This document shows, in pieces, positions 43,755 through 54,631 of a DNA stretch of 64,000 nucleotides (its first letter is position 1; each line of letters starts with the position of its first letter). Where the stretch lies: positions 5,280,001 through 5,344,000 of the forward strand of contig OY969474.1 of NCBI GenBank assembly GCA_963700145.1. Direction: 5' to 3'. The translations under genes and the position numbers were made by a program. Source of the stretch: an uncultured Acidobacteriota bacterium (lineage in GTDB: Bacteria > Acidobacteriota > Thermoanaerobaculia > Multivoradales > UBA5704). Below the pieces are notes generated by a model. It saw only the letters and a list, made by a program, of their open reading frames with translations, made no database searches and had not been told where the DNA came from.

Positions 43755-46481
43755 TTATAGCGGCGGGGAGGCCGCGAACCTCGGCAGCCGGAAGAGCTCG
43801 TAGCCGGTCGCCGGGCGGCCGGCGTTGAAGACGATCCACTTCCCGACGGCCGCGAAATCGCGCGGCGACGACGAGCGCGGCCCGGCGAGCACGTCGCCGA
43901 GGAGGTAGGTGCCGCCGAAGGTGCCGTCGCTGCGCCAGGGCTCGAGGCCGTGCACGCCGTCGTCGGCGGCGAAGACGAGGTTGCCGGTCCCCACACTCAG
44001 CGCCTGCGGTAGCGACGAGCGGTAGCCCGGGCGGAGGTCGCGCACCATCCGGGTGCCCTCCGCCGTGCCGTCGCTGACCCACAGCTCGCGGCCGTGTACG
44101 CCGTCGTCGGCGGTGAAGTAGACGCTGTGACCGAGAGGCGTGATGAAGGCCGGCGCCGAGGAGTCCGGACCGGGACGGAGGTCGGCCACCAGATACGCCC
44201 CCTCCGGCGTGCCGTCGCTGGTCCACAGCTCCGCACCGTGATCGAGATCCTCGACGACGAAGAATGCGCGCACCGCGAACTCGAGCGCCACGAGCTGACG
44301 GATCGCCAGCAAGGGTCCGTCGAAGTCGGCCGCCGCCAGGAGCCGGCGCGTGCCGGCGGGGGTGAGGTCGCTGGTCCAGAGCTCGCCCTTGAGCTGGCCG
44401 TCGCGGTCGTCGTCGGCCAGGTAGAAGAGGCGGCCGAGGTGCCCGACCGGGCGCAGCGAGTGGAGGGACGGGCAGCCGCCGCAGGGATCGGGCACCGCCT
44501 CGAAGGTGCCGGCGGCGGTGCCGTTGGAGATCCAGAGGCCGCCGGCGCGGTCGACGAAGTCGAGGACGTAGTGCGGGACGAAGTAGACGCGGGCGAAGTC
44601 CGTGGCGGAGACGGCGAAAAAATCGGCGCCGATGTCGGAGGGATGCTCGGTCTGCACCACCGTCTTCATGGGGTGGGTTCCCTGGGGCGTGCCGTCGCTC
44701 CGCCAGACGACGAGCGACAGCGCGCCGTCGCGGTACTCGCTGCCGAAGAAGACCCCGTTGCCGAACACCAGCTGGAGGCCGTGGAGGAAACGCTGGCCTC
44801 CGCGCAACAGGCGGGCGTCGCCGGGGAACCCCCGGGTCGACCAGATCGCCTTGCCGCCGCCGGTGAAGAACATGGCTTTGTCGAAAAACGGGGCAGTCAG
44901 CTCGGTCGGGCCGATCCCGAAGTCGCCCGGATCGAGATCGCCGAGGATCGCCGTCCCGATGCGGAGGCCGTCGCTCGTCCAGGGCTCCGGACCGTGCACG
45001 CCGTCGTCGGCCACGAAGACGACGCGGCCCCCGAGCGTGGTGAGCTGCTGCGGATCGCTCGAGCCGGCCCCTTTGCCGATCTCGGCCACGACGCGGGTCG
45101 AGGCCGGATCGCCGGCGCTCACGCCTAGGCGGGTTGACCCGCCGCCCGGGCGGGTGAAGGCGAAGAGGATCCGGTCGCGCACCGCGTGGAGCCGCCCGAA
45201 GATCGTGCCGGTGGCCCCCGGATGGAGGTCGGCGGCGCGGCGGGTGCCCGCGGGGGTGCCGTCCGTCCGCCAGAGCTCACGGCCGGCCGCCGGCGTCTCG
45301 GCGGCGAAGTAGAGAAGCCCGCCCGCCGCGGCGCCCACGACCAGGAAGTTGACCGAGCCCGCCGCCCCTGGCTGGAGGTCGCCGAGCCGGACGACGGCGC
45401 CGTGCGGCGCGATCACCCTTGGCTCCATGCCGCGCACGCCGTCGTCGGCGGCGAAGAGCAAGCGGCCGCGGGCGGAAGCGAGGATGAACGGCGTCGACGA
45501 CTGGGGCCCGGGGCGGAGGTCGGCGACGAGCCGCGTCCCCGCCGTCGTGCCGTCGGTTCGCCAAAGCTCGCGGCCGGTGGCCGCGGTCTCCGCGGTGAAG
45601 ACGACCTCGCCGTCGCGCACGGTGAAGGAGAAGGGGAGCGAAGAGTCGGCCCCGGGAGCGAGGTCGGCCAGGCGGCGCGTTCCCGCGGCAGTGCCGTCGG
45701 TCGTCCACGGCTCCCAGCCGGTGAGCCCGTCGTTGCCCGTGAAGTAGAGCCTGCCACCGGCCGCGAGGGGCGCGAAGCCCGAGGGCTCGACACCGTCGCT
45801 GAAGCCGGGGTTGATGTCCGCCACCGGCCCGGTGCCCGCCGCGGTGCCGTTGGTGCGCCAGAGCTCGTACCCCTGTCCGGGGACGAAATGGGCGAAGAGG
45901 AGGGCGCCCCCCGCGACCGCCGGGCTCTGGGGCCGCGCGACGACGCCCTCGACGTCGGTGAAGGGTTGTGTCCCCGCGCGCGTGCCGTCGCTCGTCCAGA
46001 GGCTCCAGCTCGCTTCGCCCGCCGGCGTCGCGAAGACGAGGCGAGGGCCGAGACGCGCGAAGAAGGCGTAGTCGCCCGGGTCCGGCCCCGGCGCGGCGTC
46101 GAGCAGGGGGAAAGTGCCGGCCGCCGTGCCGTCGCTGCGCCAGAGCTCCGTGCCCTGAGCCGGGTCCCAGGCGGTGAAGAAGAGGAGCCCTCCGGCGGCG
46201 GTGAAGCGCGTGGGCAGGCCGTCGCAGCGGCCGGGGCAGAGGTCGGCGACGAGCGCCGTGCCCGCGGCGGTGCCGTCGCTCCGCCAGAGCTCGGAGCCGA
46301 AGAACCCGTCGTTGCCCCGGAAGTAGAGGAAGCCGCCGAGGGGCACGGCGTCGGAAAGGTGGTCGGGCAGCGCGGAGCCCGGACCCGGCGCCGTCCGGAT
46401 GTCCTTGACCAGGACCGGTTGTGCAGCGAGGGGAACGGACGCGGCGATCAGGGCGAGCGCGAGCAGAGTGGCCTTTCGCAT
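43755..46481 (-). CDS. ELWxxDGT repeat secreted protein
   Basis: Signal peptide; many ELWRSDGT/EPWTTDGT repeats. Confidence 0.93.
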   Translation of the reverse strand: MRKATLLALALIAASVPLAAQPVLVKDIRTAPGPGSALPDHLSDAVPLGGFLYFRGNDGFFGSELWRSDGTAAGTALVADLCPGRCDGLPTRFTAAGGLLFFTAWDPAQGTELWRSDGTAAGTFPLLDAAPGPDPGDYAFFARLGPRLVFATPAGEASWSLWTSDGTRAGTQPFTDVEGVVARPQSPAVAGGALLFAHFVPGQGYELWRTNGTAAGTGPVADINPGFSDGVEPSGFAPLAAGGRLYFTGNDGLTGWEPWTTDGTAAGTRRLADLAPGADSSLPFSFTVRDGEVVFTAETAATGRELWRTDGTTAGTRLVADLRPGPQSSTPFILASARGRLLFAADDGVRGMEPRVIAPHGAVVRLGDLQPGAAGSVNFLVVGAAAGGLLYFAAETPAAGRELWRTDGTPAGTRRAADLHPGATGTIFGRLHAVRDRILFAFTRPGGGSTRLGVSAGDPASTRVVAEIGKGAGSSDPQQLTTLGGRVVFVADDGVHGPEPWTSDGLRIGTAILGDLDPGDFGIGPTELTAPFFDKAMFFTGGGKAIWSTRGFPGDARLLRGGQRFLHGLQLVFGNGVFFGSEYRDGALSLVVWRSDGTPQGTHPMKTVVQTEHPSDIGADFFAVSATDFARVYFVPHYVLDFVDRAGGLWISNGTAAGTFEAVPDPCGGCPSLHSLRPVGHLGRLFYLADDDRDGQLKGELWTSDLTPAGTRRLLAAADFDGPLLAIRQLVALEFAVRAFFVVEDLDHGAELWTSDGTPEGAYLVADLRPGPDSSAPAFITPLGHSVYFTADDGVHGRELWVSDGTAEGTRMVRDLRPGYRSSLPQALSVGTGNLVFAADDGVHGLEPWRSDGTFGGTYLLGDVLAGPRSSSPRDFAAVGKWIVFNAGRPATGYELFRLPRFAASPPL

Positions 46482-46500
46482 GCTGCTACGCTTCTATCAC

Positions 46501-47490
46501 ATGAAACTCGTGTCAACTCTGATCGCCGGCCTCGTCGCGGCCGCCCTGTTCGGCACCGCCCCGGCGGCGCTGCCAACCGACCCGCCGGACGCGCGGCCCG
46601 GCACCGCCGGCGCGCCGCGGCTGGTGGCGCTCGGCACGGTGCAAGACGGCGGCCTGCCCCACGTCGCCTGCACCTGCGTGCGCTGCGAGCGGGCGCGGCG
46701 CGAGCCGGGCTTCAGCCGGCACGTCGCCAGCCTCGCCCTCCACCTCCCGGCGAGCGACAAGGTGTACCTGCTCGACGCCACGCCCGACCTCGGCGAGCAG
46801 CTCGACCAAGTGGCCCGGCTGCGCGGGCGCCCCGCCGCGGGGCGCGTCGACCGCGCGCCGGTGGACGGCGTCTTCCTGACCCACGCCCACGTCGGCCACT
46901 ACCTCGGGCTCGCCTTCTTCGGCTTCGAGACGGTCCACACCCGGCGCCTCCCGGTCTGGGCCTCGCCGCGCATGGCCGACTTCCTGCGCGGCAACGGCCC
47001 CTGGAGCCAGCTCGTGAAGCTGGAGAACGTCGAGCTGCGCGCGCTGCGCGCCGGCGAGCCGGTGGCGCTGGAGGACGGGGTCTCGGTGACGCCGCTCCAG
47101 GTGCCGCACCGCGACGAGTACAGCGACACGCTCGGCTTCCTCGTCCGCGGCCCGCGGCGCACCGTCCTCTACGTGCCGGACACCGACTCCTGGCGCGCCT
47201 GGACGCGGCCGCTGCCGGAGCTGCTCGCCGGCGTCGACGAGGCGCTCCTCGACGGCACCTTCTACTCCCTCGACGAGCTGCCGGGGCGCGACGTGGCGTC
47301 GATCGGCCACCCCTTGATCGCCGACACGATGGACCTCCTCGCGCCGCTGGTGAAGGCGGGCAGGCTGCGCGTCGCCTTCACCCACCTCAACCACTCGAAC
47401 CCGGCCCTCGAGCCCGAGAGCGCGGCGCGCAAGACGATCGAGGCGCGCGGCTTCCGGGTGCTCGCGGAGGAGGAAGAGATCGGATTGTAG
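46501..47490 (+). CDS. Metallo-beta-lactamase-fold protein (PqqB-like), with signal peptide
   Basis: LGTVQDGGLPH..C.C..C, LTHAHVGHY, VPHRDEYSDT, FTHLNHSNP. Confidence 0.85.
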   Translation: MKLVSTLIAGLVAAALFGTAPAALPTDPPDARPGTAGAPRLVALGTVQDGGLPHVACTCVRCERARREPGFSRHVASLALHLPASDKVYLLDATPDLGEQLDQVARLRGRPAAGRVDRAPVDGVFLTHAHVGHYLGLAFFGFETVHTRRLPVWASPRMADFLRGNGPWSQLVKLENVELRALRAGEPVALEDGVSVTPLQVPHRDEYSDTLGFLVRGPRRTVLYVPDTDSWRAWTRPLPELLAGVDEALLDGTFYSLDELPGRDVASIGHPLIADTMDLLAPLVKAGRLRVAFTHLNHSNPALEPESAARKTIEARGFRVLAEEEEIGL

Positions 47491-47593
47491 ATGGCGAGGC
47501 GGCTCGGGGCCATCCTGGGATAAACTGCGATTTCAGTCTTAACTTAGACGGTGCTCGGGACGGGCGCGAGCTCTCCTGCGCGAGGGTTTGGAC

Positions 47594-49189
47594 ATGCGTG
47601 TAGGCGTCTTGGAAGTGCTCAGAGACGAGGTCGCGAGCGAATGGATCGTGCGGCAGTACGACCGCTGGTTCAGGCGGCAGTACGCCAGCATCACGCCGCA
47701 GGCGGTCGCTGTCTGGTGCCGGCAGCTCGGGCACGAGGTCCACTACGCCACCTTCTACGGCCAGGCGCCGCCCGAGGAGCTGCTGCCGGACGACCTGGAC
47801 GTCGTCTTCGTGGCGACCTACACCCAGGCGAGCGCGCTCGCCTACGCGCTCGGCAGGCTCTACCGTCGGCGCGGGACGCTCACCGTCCTCGGCGGTCCCC
47901 ACGCCACCTCCTTCCCGACCGACAGTCTCCGTTTCTTCGACCTCGTCGTCCACGACTGCGACAAGCCGCTGGTCGCGAGCATCCTGCGCGGGGAGTTCGC
48001 CCCCGGCAGCGTGGTCTCCAGCGGCCACCTCCTCGAGGAGGTCCCGAGCGTCGAGGAGCGGATGCCGGAGATCGCGACCGCCTGCTTCACCCGCGGGCGG
48101 CCGTCCTGGTTGAGCAACGTCTCGCTGCTGACCAGCCTCGGCTGCCCCTACCGCTGCGACTTCTGCATCGACTGGAAGAACGACTACACGATGCTGCCGC
48201 GCGAGCGGCTCCTGGCGGACCTCCGCTACGTCTCCGAACACCTGCCGGGGGTGCTGGTGGCGTTCCACGACCCGAACTTCGGCGTCAAGTTCGACGAACT
48301 GATGGACCTGATGGAGGAGATCCCCGCGGGGCGGCGCAACCCCTACCTCATGGAGAGCTCGCTCTCGGTCCTGCGCGGCTCCCGTCTGCAGCGGCTGCGG
48401 GAGACGAACTGCGTCTACGTCGCGCCCGGCGTCGAGTCGTGGTCGGACTACTCGAACAAGGCCGGCGTCGGCCGCACGACCGGGCGCGAGAAGCTCGAGA
48501 GTGTCGTCGAGCACTTCGCGGAGCTGCACCGCTACGTCCCCGGGCTCCAGGCCAACTTCATCTTCGGCACCGACGGTGATCAGGGCGAGGAGCCGGCGGC
48601 GCTGACCCGGGAGTTCATCCGCCGCCTCCCCTTCGTCTGGCCGACGGTCAACATCCCGGTTCCCTTCGGCGGCACTCCGCTCTACGACCGCTACCTGGCC
48701 GAGGAGCGGGTCTTGCGGGAGGTGCCCTTCGCCTTCTACTACGCGCCCTACACGGTCATCCGGCCGCGGCACTACGATCCGATCACCTACTACGACCTGC
48801 TGATCGGGCTCTACCGCGCGATGGTCGCGGGCGCGCTCCTGGTGCGCCGGGTGCGCAGCGCCCGGCATCCGATCCTGCGGACCCTGCACGTCCTGCGCAG
48901 CCTGGGGATGCGCGCGGAGCTCGTCGAGCTGCGCCGCATCCGGGAGCGGCTCGCCCGCGACCCGGAGCTCCTCGCCTTTGCGGCAGGGCGCCGCGAGAAG
49001 TTGCCGGACTTCTACCGCGAGAACCTCAGAAGGCGGCTGGGGCGGTACGCCGAGCTGCTCTCCGAGGCCGACCTCAGGCCCGAGCTGGAAGCGGCCGGCG
49101 CCGCGGACCCGCCGCGGCGAGCGCGGGCCGTCCCCCCGTCCCGCCCGAGCCTGCCCTCTCTAGCGCCGGTACAGGGGCCGGCCCTGTAG
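47594..49189 (+). CDS. B12-binding radical SAM protein
   Basis: VLGGPHAT; GCPYRCDFC (CxxxCxxC); ANFIFG.D.D; PFGGTPLY. Confidence 0.88.
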   Translation: MRVGVLEVLRDEVASEWIVRQYDRWFRRQYASITPQAVAVWCRQLGHEVHYATFYGQAPPEELLPDDLDVVFVATYTQASALAYALGRLYRRRGTLTVLGGPHATSFPTDSLRFFDLVVHDCDKPLVASILRGEFAPGSVVSSGHLLEEVPSVEERMPEIATACFTRGRPSWLSNVSLLTSLGCPYRCDFCIDWKNDYTMLPRERLLADLRYVSEHLPGVLVAFHDPNFGVKFDELMDLMEEIPAGRRNPYLMESSLSVLRGSRLQRLRETNCVYVAPGVESWSDYSNKAGVGRTTGREKLESVVEHFAELHRYVPGLQANFIFGTDGDQGEEPAALTREFIRRLPFVWPTVNIPVPFGGTPLYDRYLAEERVLREVPFAFYYAPYTVIRPRHYDPITYYDLLIGLYRAMVAGALLVRRVRSARHPILRTLHVLRSLGMRAELVELRRIRERLARDPELLAFAAGRREKLPDFYRENLRRRLGRYAELLSEADLRPELEAAGAADPPRRARAVPPSRPSLPSLAPVQGPAL

Positions 49190-50134
49190 CGGGTTGGCGA
49201 AGCCGTGGGCGCCGGCGCGCTCGAGGACCTCGGAGGTCGTGTAGACGCTCTCGCCGGGGACGCCGTCCACGGTCTCGGCGACGGCGCACTCGCGGGTGGT
49301 CTGGCCGCCCAAAGTCGAGAAGTGGACGACGAGGCTCTTGCGCGTGCGCTCCGGCTCGGTCGGCTGCGCGCCGCCGTGCATCAGCGCCGAGTGCCAGACC
49401 AGGACCTCGCCGCGGCGGGCGGTGAAGTGCTCGACCGGCAGCCCGCTCCGCGCCAGCTCCCGGTCGTAGAAGGCCACCGCCGCCTCGACGTCCGAGCCCG
49501 AGTGCGCCGCCGGGTTGTAGACGCGCTCGCCGGGGCGGAACTCGTAGAACGGGAAGCGCTGCGAGCCCGGGACGTAGGCCAGCGGCCCCGAGGTCGGCGC
49601 GATGTCCTCGAGCGCGATCCAGGCCGCCACGAGCTTGCCGAACTGCGGCGTCGGCACCACGACCGAGTCGCGGTGCAGCGCCTGCTGGCTGCCGTACTCG
49701 AAGTAGAGCGACTGGTTGGCCACCGCCGTGCCGCCGAGGATCAGCGCCGCGTAGCGGTGGATCGTCGGATCAAGGTAGAGCCGCAGCGCGGTCTCCGACG
49801 CCGAGTGCAGCTCGTGGATGCGGTAGCGCGGCTTGCGGTCGCGGGCGGGGTCGGCGTCGCTGAAGCGGCGGGGCGGCGAGTCGTAGGCGAAGGCGACGTC
49901 GGCGGGCCGCGTCTCCCACAGCCGGTCGACGTCGCGGTCGATCGCCGCCGCGTCCGCCGCCGTAAGGTCGATGCGGGTGATGAAGTAGCCGTCGGCGGCG
50001 AACTTGCGGAGGTTGGCCTCCTCCTCGCCGCTCAGCTCCCCGGCGCGCGCCCGCTCGGCGATGGCGCGCTGGGCGTCCGCTTCGTCGAGCCAGATCAGGC
50101 CGGGATTGACACGGACGTCGGACGACGGCTGCAC
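49160..50134 (-). CDS. Phytanoyl-CoA dioxygenase (PhyH) family 2OG-Fe(II) oxygenase
   Basis: FAADGY, QALHRD, AWIALED, GPLAYVPGS, GEVLVWHSALMHGG, RKSLVVH; GTG start at 50134. Confidence 0.88.
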   Translation of the reverse strand: MQPSSDVRVNPGLIWLDEADAQRAIAERARAGELSGEEEANLRKFAADGYFITRIDLTAADAAAIDRDVDRLWETRPADVAFAYDSPPRRFSDADPARDRKPRYRIHELHSASETALRLYLDPTIHRYAALILGGTAVANQSLYFEYGSQQALHRDSVVVPTPQFGKLVAAWIALEDIAPTSGPLAYVPGSQRFPFYEFRPGERVYNPAAHSGSDVEAAVAFYDRELARSGLPVEHFTARRGEVLVWHSALMHGGAQPTEPERTRKSLVVHFSTLGGQTTRECAVAETVDGVPGESVYTTSEVLERAGAHGFANPLQGRPLYRR

Positions 50135-50142
50135 GGCGCGAA

Positions 50143-50150
50143 AGTATAGT
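50143..50150. promoter_or_regulatory. Overlapping bidirectional -10 elements
   Basis: AGTATAGT reads TATAGT on + and TATACT on -; each lies 8 nt before a GTG start (50159 and 50134). Confidence 0.55.
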
Positions 50151-50158
50151 TGCCGGCC

Positions 50159-51610
50159 GTGCCGCGCGCGAAGGCGTCCAGGCTGCCGGCCGTCGCCGCG
50201 GCCGCCTACGTCGTCGCCGCGGCGGCGGCGGCGGCGGTGGGTTTCCGCTTCTGGGTGCCGTGGGTCGTCGTGCAGCTCCTCGACCAGACCGCGCTGGCGC
50301 GCGAGCCGGTGCGCGCGCTGCTGGCGCTGCACGCGCAGCCGCCGGCGCTCAACGCCGTCCTCGCCGCGGCGCTCCGCCTGGCGGCCCTCGCCGGCCGCGG
50401 CCCCGAGCTCCTCCTCGCGCCGCTCTTCTTCCTGTTCGGCGGGCTCGTCGTCGTCCTCCTGGCGCTCCTCGTGCGGCGTCTCACCGGCTCCTCGGCGCTG
50501 GCGCTCGGCGCGGCCCTCCTCGCCGCCGCCGACCCGGCGCTCCACGTCTACGGCACGGTCTACTTCTACGAGCTGCCGCTCGCCGCTCTGCTGCTCGTGG
50601 CGCTCGCCGCCGCCCTGCGCTACCTCGAGAGCGGCCGCGAGCGGCACCTCGCGGCCTTCGTCCTGGCGGTGGGCGGGATGAGCCTGCTGCGCAGCCTCTA
50701 CCACCCGCTCTGGGCGGCGGCGATGCTGGCACTCCTGCTCCGGGGCCGGGCGCGGCTCGCCCCCGGCGCGCCGCGGCGCGCCGCCTGGCGCGGCGCCGCG
50801 CTCCTCGCGGTCCTGGTCGCGGCCTGGCCGCTCAAGAACGCGCTCCTCTTCGGCGCGCCGGTGACGAGCTCGTGGGGCGGCTATAACCTCTCGCGCGGCA
50901 CGCCGGTCAAGCACCCGGCCCTCTGGCAGTACATCGAGACCGGGACGGTGCCGCCGGCGCTGGAGCGCGCGTGGCGGCGGCGGGCGCCGGCGTTCCTGCG
51001 CGACGCGCCGGTGCTCGTCGCCCCGGTCAAGACGACCGGCCACCGCAACTGGAACCACTACAGCTTCCTGCTCACCTCGCGCGAGCTGGCGCGGGAGGCG
51101 CTGCGCTGGCGGCGCGAGCACCCGCGGGACTGGCTGCGGCAGGCGGCGGTCAACTATCTGCTGTGGGGGCGGGCGAGCTACCTCGACTCGTACTGGGGGC
51201 GCCCGCGCGGGCCGGACCACCCGCTCTACCAAGGCTACGTCCGCTGGCACGAGCGGCTGCTCTTCCCCGACCTGCGCGGGCCTGTCGAGCGGCTGACTCG
51301 CGGCGCCCCGGTGCACGGGCTGACCACGGTCTGGGGCGGACCGGCGCCCTACACCCTCTTCGCCGTCGCCGGCCTGCCCCTCCTCCTCGCCGCGGCGGCG
51401 CTCCTGCTGCCGCGGCGGCTGCGCGCCGGCCCCGAGGCCTGGGTCGCGCTCCTCGCCCTGGCGGCGCTGCTCTGGGTGCTGCTCGTCCCCTGCCTGACGG
51501 ACGGAACGGAGGGCAACCGGATGCGCTACCCGGTGAGCCCGTGCGTCCTGCTCCTCGCGGCGTGGATCGCCGCGGCCGCGGTGCCTAAGGCGCCGGTTCC
51601 GGAGAAGTGA
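50159..51610 (+). CDS. Polytopic membrane protein, GT-C/PMT-like
   Basis: Many TM helices; [22 protein letters not shown]. Confidence 0.65.
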   Translation: MPRAKASRLPAVAAAAYVVAAAAAAAVGFRFWVPWVVVQLLDQTALAREPVRALLALHAQPPALNAVLAAALRLAALAGRGPELLLAPLFFLFGGLVVVLLALLVRRLTGSSALALGAALLAAADPALHVYGTVYFYELPLAALLLVALAAALRYLESGRERHLAAFVLAVGGMSLLRSLYHPLWAAAMLALLLRGRARLAPGAPRRAAWRGAALLAVLVAAWPLKNALLFGAPVTSSWGGYNLSRGTPVKHPALWQYIETGTVPPALERAWRRRAPAFLRDAPVLVAPVKTTGHRNWNHYSFLLTSRELAREALRWRREHPRDWLRQAAVNYLLWGRASYLDSYWGRPRGPDHPLYQGYVRWHERLLFPDLRGPVERLTRGAPVHGLTTVWGGPAPYTLFAVAGLPLLLAAAALLLPRRLRAGPEAWVALLALAALLWVLLVPCLTDGTEGNRMRYPVSPCVLLLAAWIAAAAVPKAPVPEK

Positions 51611-52337
51611 AAACGCTGTCGGGCAGCGTGTCGGTGACGGCGATGTCGCGCAGCTCGATCTTGCGCTCGCCGCCGACTTGCGCGCGCGTCGGCGCGAGCT
51701 GGATCCGGCCGTGGGTCTGCCATCCCTGCCAGAGCCAGGCGGTCGGCGCGGCGTCGCGCGGCTGGTCCTCGAGCCGGTAGGCCCAGCGGTCCATCAGGCC
51801 GGTCGCGCGGTTGACCCAGGCCCAGTACATGTCGCCGGGCGTCAGCCCGACCCCCTGGAAGGTGAGCAGCAGCCTGTCGTAGGTCTGGCCGTCGAGCGTC
51901 TCCTCGCCGTCGTAGGCGAGCGTCACGCCCGGGTCGCGCAGCTTGTAGGGCATCAGCAGCCAGTAGGTGTCGTTGACCCAGGCGGCGTGGGCGCGGTCGA
52001 GGAGCTGCTTCGCCTCCTCGCCTTGCAGCTCCTGGCCGTCGAGCCAGGCGCGTCCCTCGCGCGTCACCACGTTGTGCAGCACGAGGAAGCGCTTCCCCTC
52101 CGGCGTCTGCCCCTCGACGCGGTGCCGGCCGGTGTGCTTGTCCCAGGCGTGCGTGCGGCGGCCGTTGAAGTCGAAGCGGATGAAGCGCGTGGCCTCCCAG
52201 GCCTCGCGCCCGCCGAGCGCGGTGAGGAGACGCTCCGCGACCTCGGCGGCGCGCGGGTCGGCCTGCCCCTGCGGTTGCGCGGCGGCGGCGGCGACGACGT
52301 GGACGAGGACGAGGACCGCGAAAGCATTGCGGAGCAT
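51585..52337 (-). CDS. Secreted hypothetical protein (DUF6503-like)
   Basis: GGAGG RBS; signal peptide; [34 protein letters not shown]. Confidence 0.75.
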   Translation of the reverse strand: MLRNAFAVLVLVHVVAAAAAQPQGQADPRAAEVAERLLTALGGREAWEATRFIRFDFNGRRTHAWDKHTGRHRVEGQTPEGKRFLVLHNVVTREGRAWLDGQELQGEEAKQLLDRAHAAWVNDTYWLLMPYKLRDPGVTLAYDGEETLDGQTYDRLLLTFQGVGLTPGDMYWAWVNRATGLMDRWAYRLEDQPRDAAPTAWLWQGWQTHGRIQLAPTRAQVGGERKIELRDIAVTDTLPDSVFTSPEPAP

Positions 52338-52382
52338 CGGCGCACCTCCGAGAGCGGTCGGATGATACCTTGGGCTCCGGCC

Positions 52383-54617
52383 ATGACGGACGACGCCGCA
52401 TCGACCACGACTGCAAACGCCAACCGCCTGGCGCGCGAGAGCAGCCCCTACCTCCTGCTCCACGCCCACAACCCGGTCGACTGGTACGCCTGGGGCGAGG
52501 AGGCGCTCGCCCGCGCGCGCGCCGAGGACAAGCCGATCTTCCTCTCGGTCGGCTACTCGACCTGCTACTGGTGCCACGTCATGGAGCGGGAGTCGTTCTC
52601 CTCGCCCGAGACCGCGGCGCTCATGAACCGCGACTTCGTCAACGTCAAGCTCGACCGCGAGGAGCGGCCGGACCTCGACGAGATCTACATGGCCGCGACC
52701 CAGATCCTGACCGGCCAGGGCGGCTGGCCCAACTCGCTCTTCCTGACGCCGGACTTGAAGCCCTTCTACGCCGGCACCTACTTCCCGCCCGAGGACCGCT
52801 ACGGCCGCCCCGGCTTCGCCACCGTCCTCGACGGGCTCGCCGAGTCCTGGCGCACGCGGCGCGGCGAGGTCGAGGAGCAGGCCGAGGAGCTGGCGGCGGC
52901 GATGCAGCGCTACCTGGAGCAGCGCGGGCGGGGGGCGGAGGCGCCGCCGCCGCCGGCGGTGGCGCGCCGCGCGCTCGACTCGCTCGCCCGCCGCTACGAC
53001 GCCCGCTGGGGGGGCTTCGGCGAGGCGCCCAAGTTCCCGACGCCCTCGAACCTCTTCCTCCTCCTCCAGTTCGCGGAGCGGGTGCTGGAGGCCGAGAACA
53101 TGCTGGCGGCGACCCTCGACCAGATGGCGCGCGGCGGCCTCTACGACCAGCTCGCCGGCGGCTTCCACCGCTACGCGACCGACCGCGAGTGGAAGGTGCC
53201 GCACTTCGAGAAGATGCTCTACGACAACGGCTTGCTGCTCGAGGTCTACGCCCGCGGCTACGCGCGCAGCGGCGACCCCGAGGCGGCGCGGATCGCGCGC
53301 GAGACCGCGGCCTTCCTGGGGCGCGAGATGAGCGCGCTGGAAGGCGCCTTCTGGAGCGCCATCGACGCCGAGACCGACGGCCACGAGGGCGCCTACTACG
53401 TCTGGACGCGGCCGGAGCTGGAGGCGGCGCTGGGGGCGGAGGACGCCGCCTTCCTGGCGCCGCTCTACGGCTTCGACGGGCCGCCGTTTTTCGAAGGGGA
53501 CAGCTACGTGTTGCACCTGCCCGAGCCGGTTGCGGAGCTGGCTCGGCGGCGGCAGCTCGCGCCCGACGCGCTGCTGGCCGAGATGGCGCGGCTGCGCGAG
53601 CGCCTCCTCGCGGCGCGCGACCGGCGCAAGCGCCCGGCGACCGACGACAAGGTGCTCGCCGACTGGAACGGCACCGCGATCGCCGGGCTGGCGGTGGCGG
53701 GGGAGGCGCTCGGGGAGCCGGAGCTGACGGCGCGGGCGGCGCGGGCGGCGGAGTTCCTGCTCGCGGCGCTGCGGCCGGCAGGCGGGCCGCTCCTCCACGC
53801 CTGGCGCGGCGGCGCGGCGAAGATCCCGGCGATGCTCTCCGACTACGCCTTCCTGGTGCACGGGCTTCTGGCCCTCCACAAGGCGAGCGGGGAAGCGCGG
53901 TGGCTGGATGCGGCGGCCGAGCTGACGCGCGAGCAGATCGCGCGGCTCGGGGACGCGGAGGAGGGCGGCTTCTTCACCGCCGGCGCGAGCCTGGACGTCC
54001 TCTTCCGCAGCAAGGACGTCTTCGACGGTGCGCTGCCGGGGGCCAACGCGGTGGCGGCGCTCAACCTGATCGAGCTGGCGGAGCGGACCGAGGAGCCGGA
54101 GTGGCTGGACGAGGCGCGGCGGACGCTCCAGGCGTTCGGGGGGCTGGTCGAGTCGTTCCCGGAGGGCGCGCGGATGATGGCGATGGCCGCCGAGCGCTAC
54201 GCGGAGGCGACCGGCGCGGCGGCACGGCAGGATGTCGCGGTGGCGACGCCGTCGGCGGTCGGCGAGCTGGAAGAGCTGGGCAGGAGGTCGGTGACGGCGC
54301 GGCTGGACGTGGGGGAGGCGGACGCGGACGGCTGGCGCCCGTTCCGCTTGACGCTCCGGATCGCCCCGGGCTGGCACCTCAACGCCAACCCGCCCGCCGC
54401 CCTCGGGCTGGTCCCCACCACGGTCGCCGCCGAAGGCGCCCGGCTGCGCGACATCGCCTACCCAACGGGCGCCGAGCCGTTCTACGAGGGAGAGGTGCAA
54501 ATCGCCGGCGCCCTCGCCGCCGACGCGCCCGACGCTCGGCTTCTCGTCACGTACCAGCCGTGCGACGAGTCCCGTTGTTTGCCGCCGGTGCGGATGGAGC
54601 TCATGGTGCCGCGATGA
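52383..54617 (+). CDS. Thioredoxin-domain DUF255/YyaL (SPATA20-like) protein with C-terminal DsbD-N-like domain
   Basis: [43 protein letters not shown]; C-terminal [22 protein letters not shown]. Confidence 0.92.
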   Translation: MTDDAASTTTANANRLARESSPYLLLHAHNPVDWYAWGEEALARARAEDKPIFLSVGYSTCYWCHVMERESFSSPETAALMNRDFVNVKLDREERPDLDEIYMAATQILTGQGGWPNSLFLTPDLKPFYAGTYFPPEDRYGRPGFATVLDGLAESWRTRRGEVEEQAEELAAAMQRYLEQRGRGAEAPPPPAVARRALDSLARRYDARWGGFGEAPKFPTPSNLFLLLQFAERVLEAENMLAATLDQMARGGLYDQLAGGFHRYATDREWKVPHFEKMLYDNGLLLEVYARGYARSGDPEAARIARETAAFLGREMSALEGAFWSAIDAETDGHEGAYYVWTRPELEAALGAEDAAFLAPLYGFDGPPFFEGDSYVLHLPEPVAELARRRQLAPDALLAEMARLRERLLAARDRRKRPATDDKVLADWNGTAIAGLAVAGEALGEPELTARAARAAEFLLAALRPAGGPLLHAWRGGAAKIPAMLSDYAFLVHGLLALHKASGEARWLDAAAELTREQIARLGDAEEGGFFTAGASLDVLFRSKDVFDGALPGANAVAALNLIELAERTEEPEWLDEARRTLQAFGGLVESFPEGARMMAMAAERYAEATGAAARQDVAVATPSAVGELEELGRRSVTARLDVGEADADGWRPFRLTLRIAPGWHLNANPPAALGLVPTTVAAEGARLRDIAYPTGAEPFYEGEVQIAGALAADAPDARLLVTYQPCDESRCLPPVRMELMVPR

Positions 54618-54631
54618 GCGCGGTTCGAGCG

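Noticed and set aside
46501-47490. PQQ biosynthesis locus
   Set aside because: Only a PqqB-like fold with a signal peptide; no pqqA/C/D, and the adjacent radical SAM is a B12-binding type, not PqqE.
41197-47600. Cobalamin riboswitch near the BtuF-like or B12 radical SAM genes
   Set aside because: Intergenic gaps are too short (about 55 and 100 nt) and I see no B12-box motif.
50106-50150. Perfect TTGACA paired with TATAGT as a sigma-70 promoter
   Set aside because: Spacing is 33 nt, and the TTGACA lies inside the PhyH coding region.
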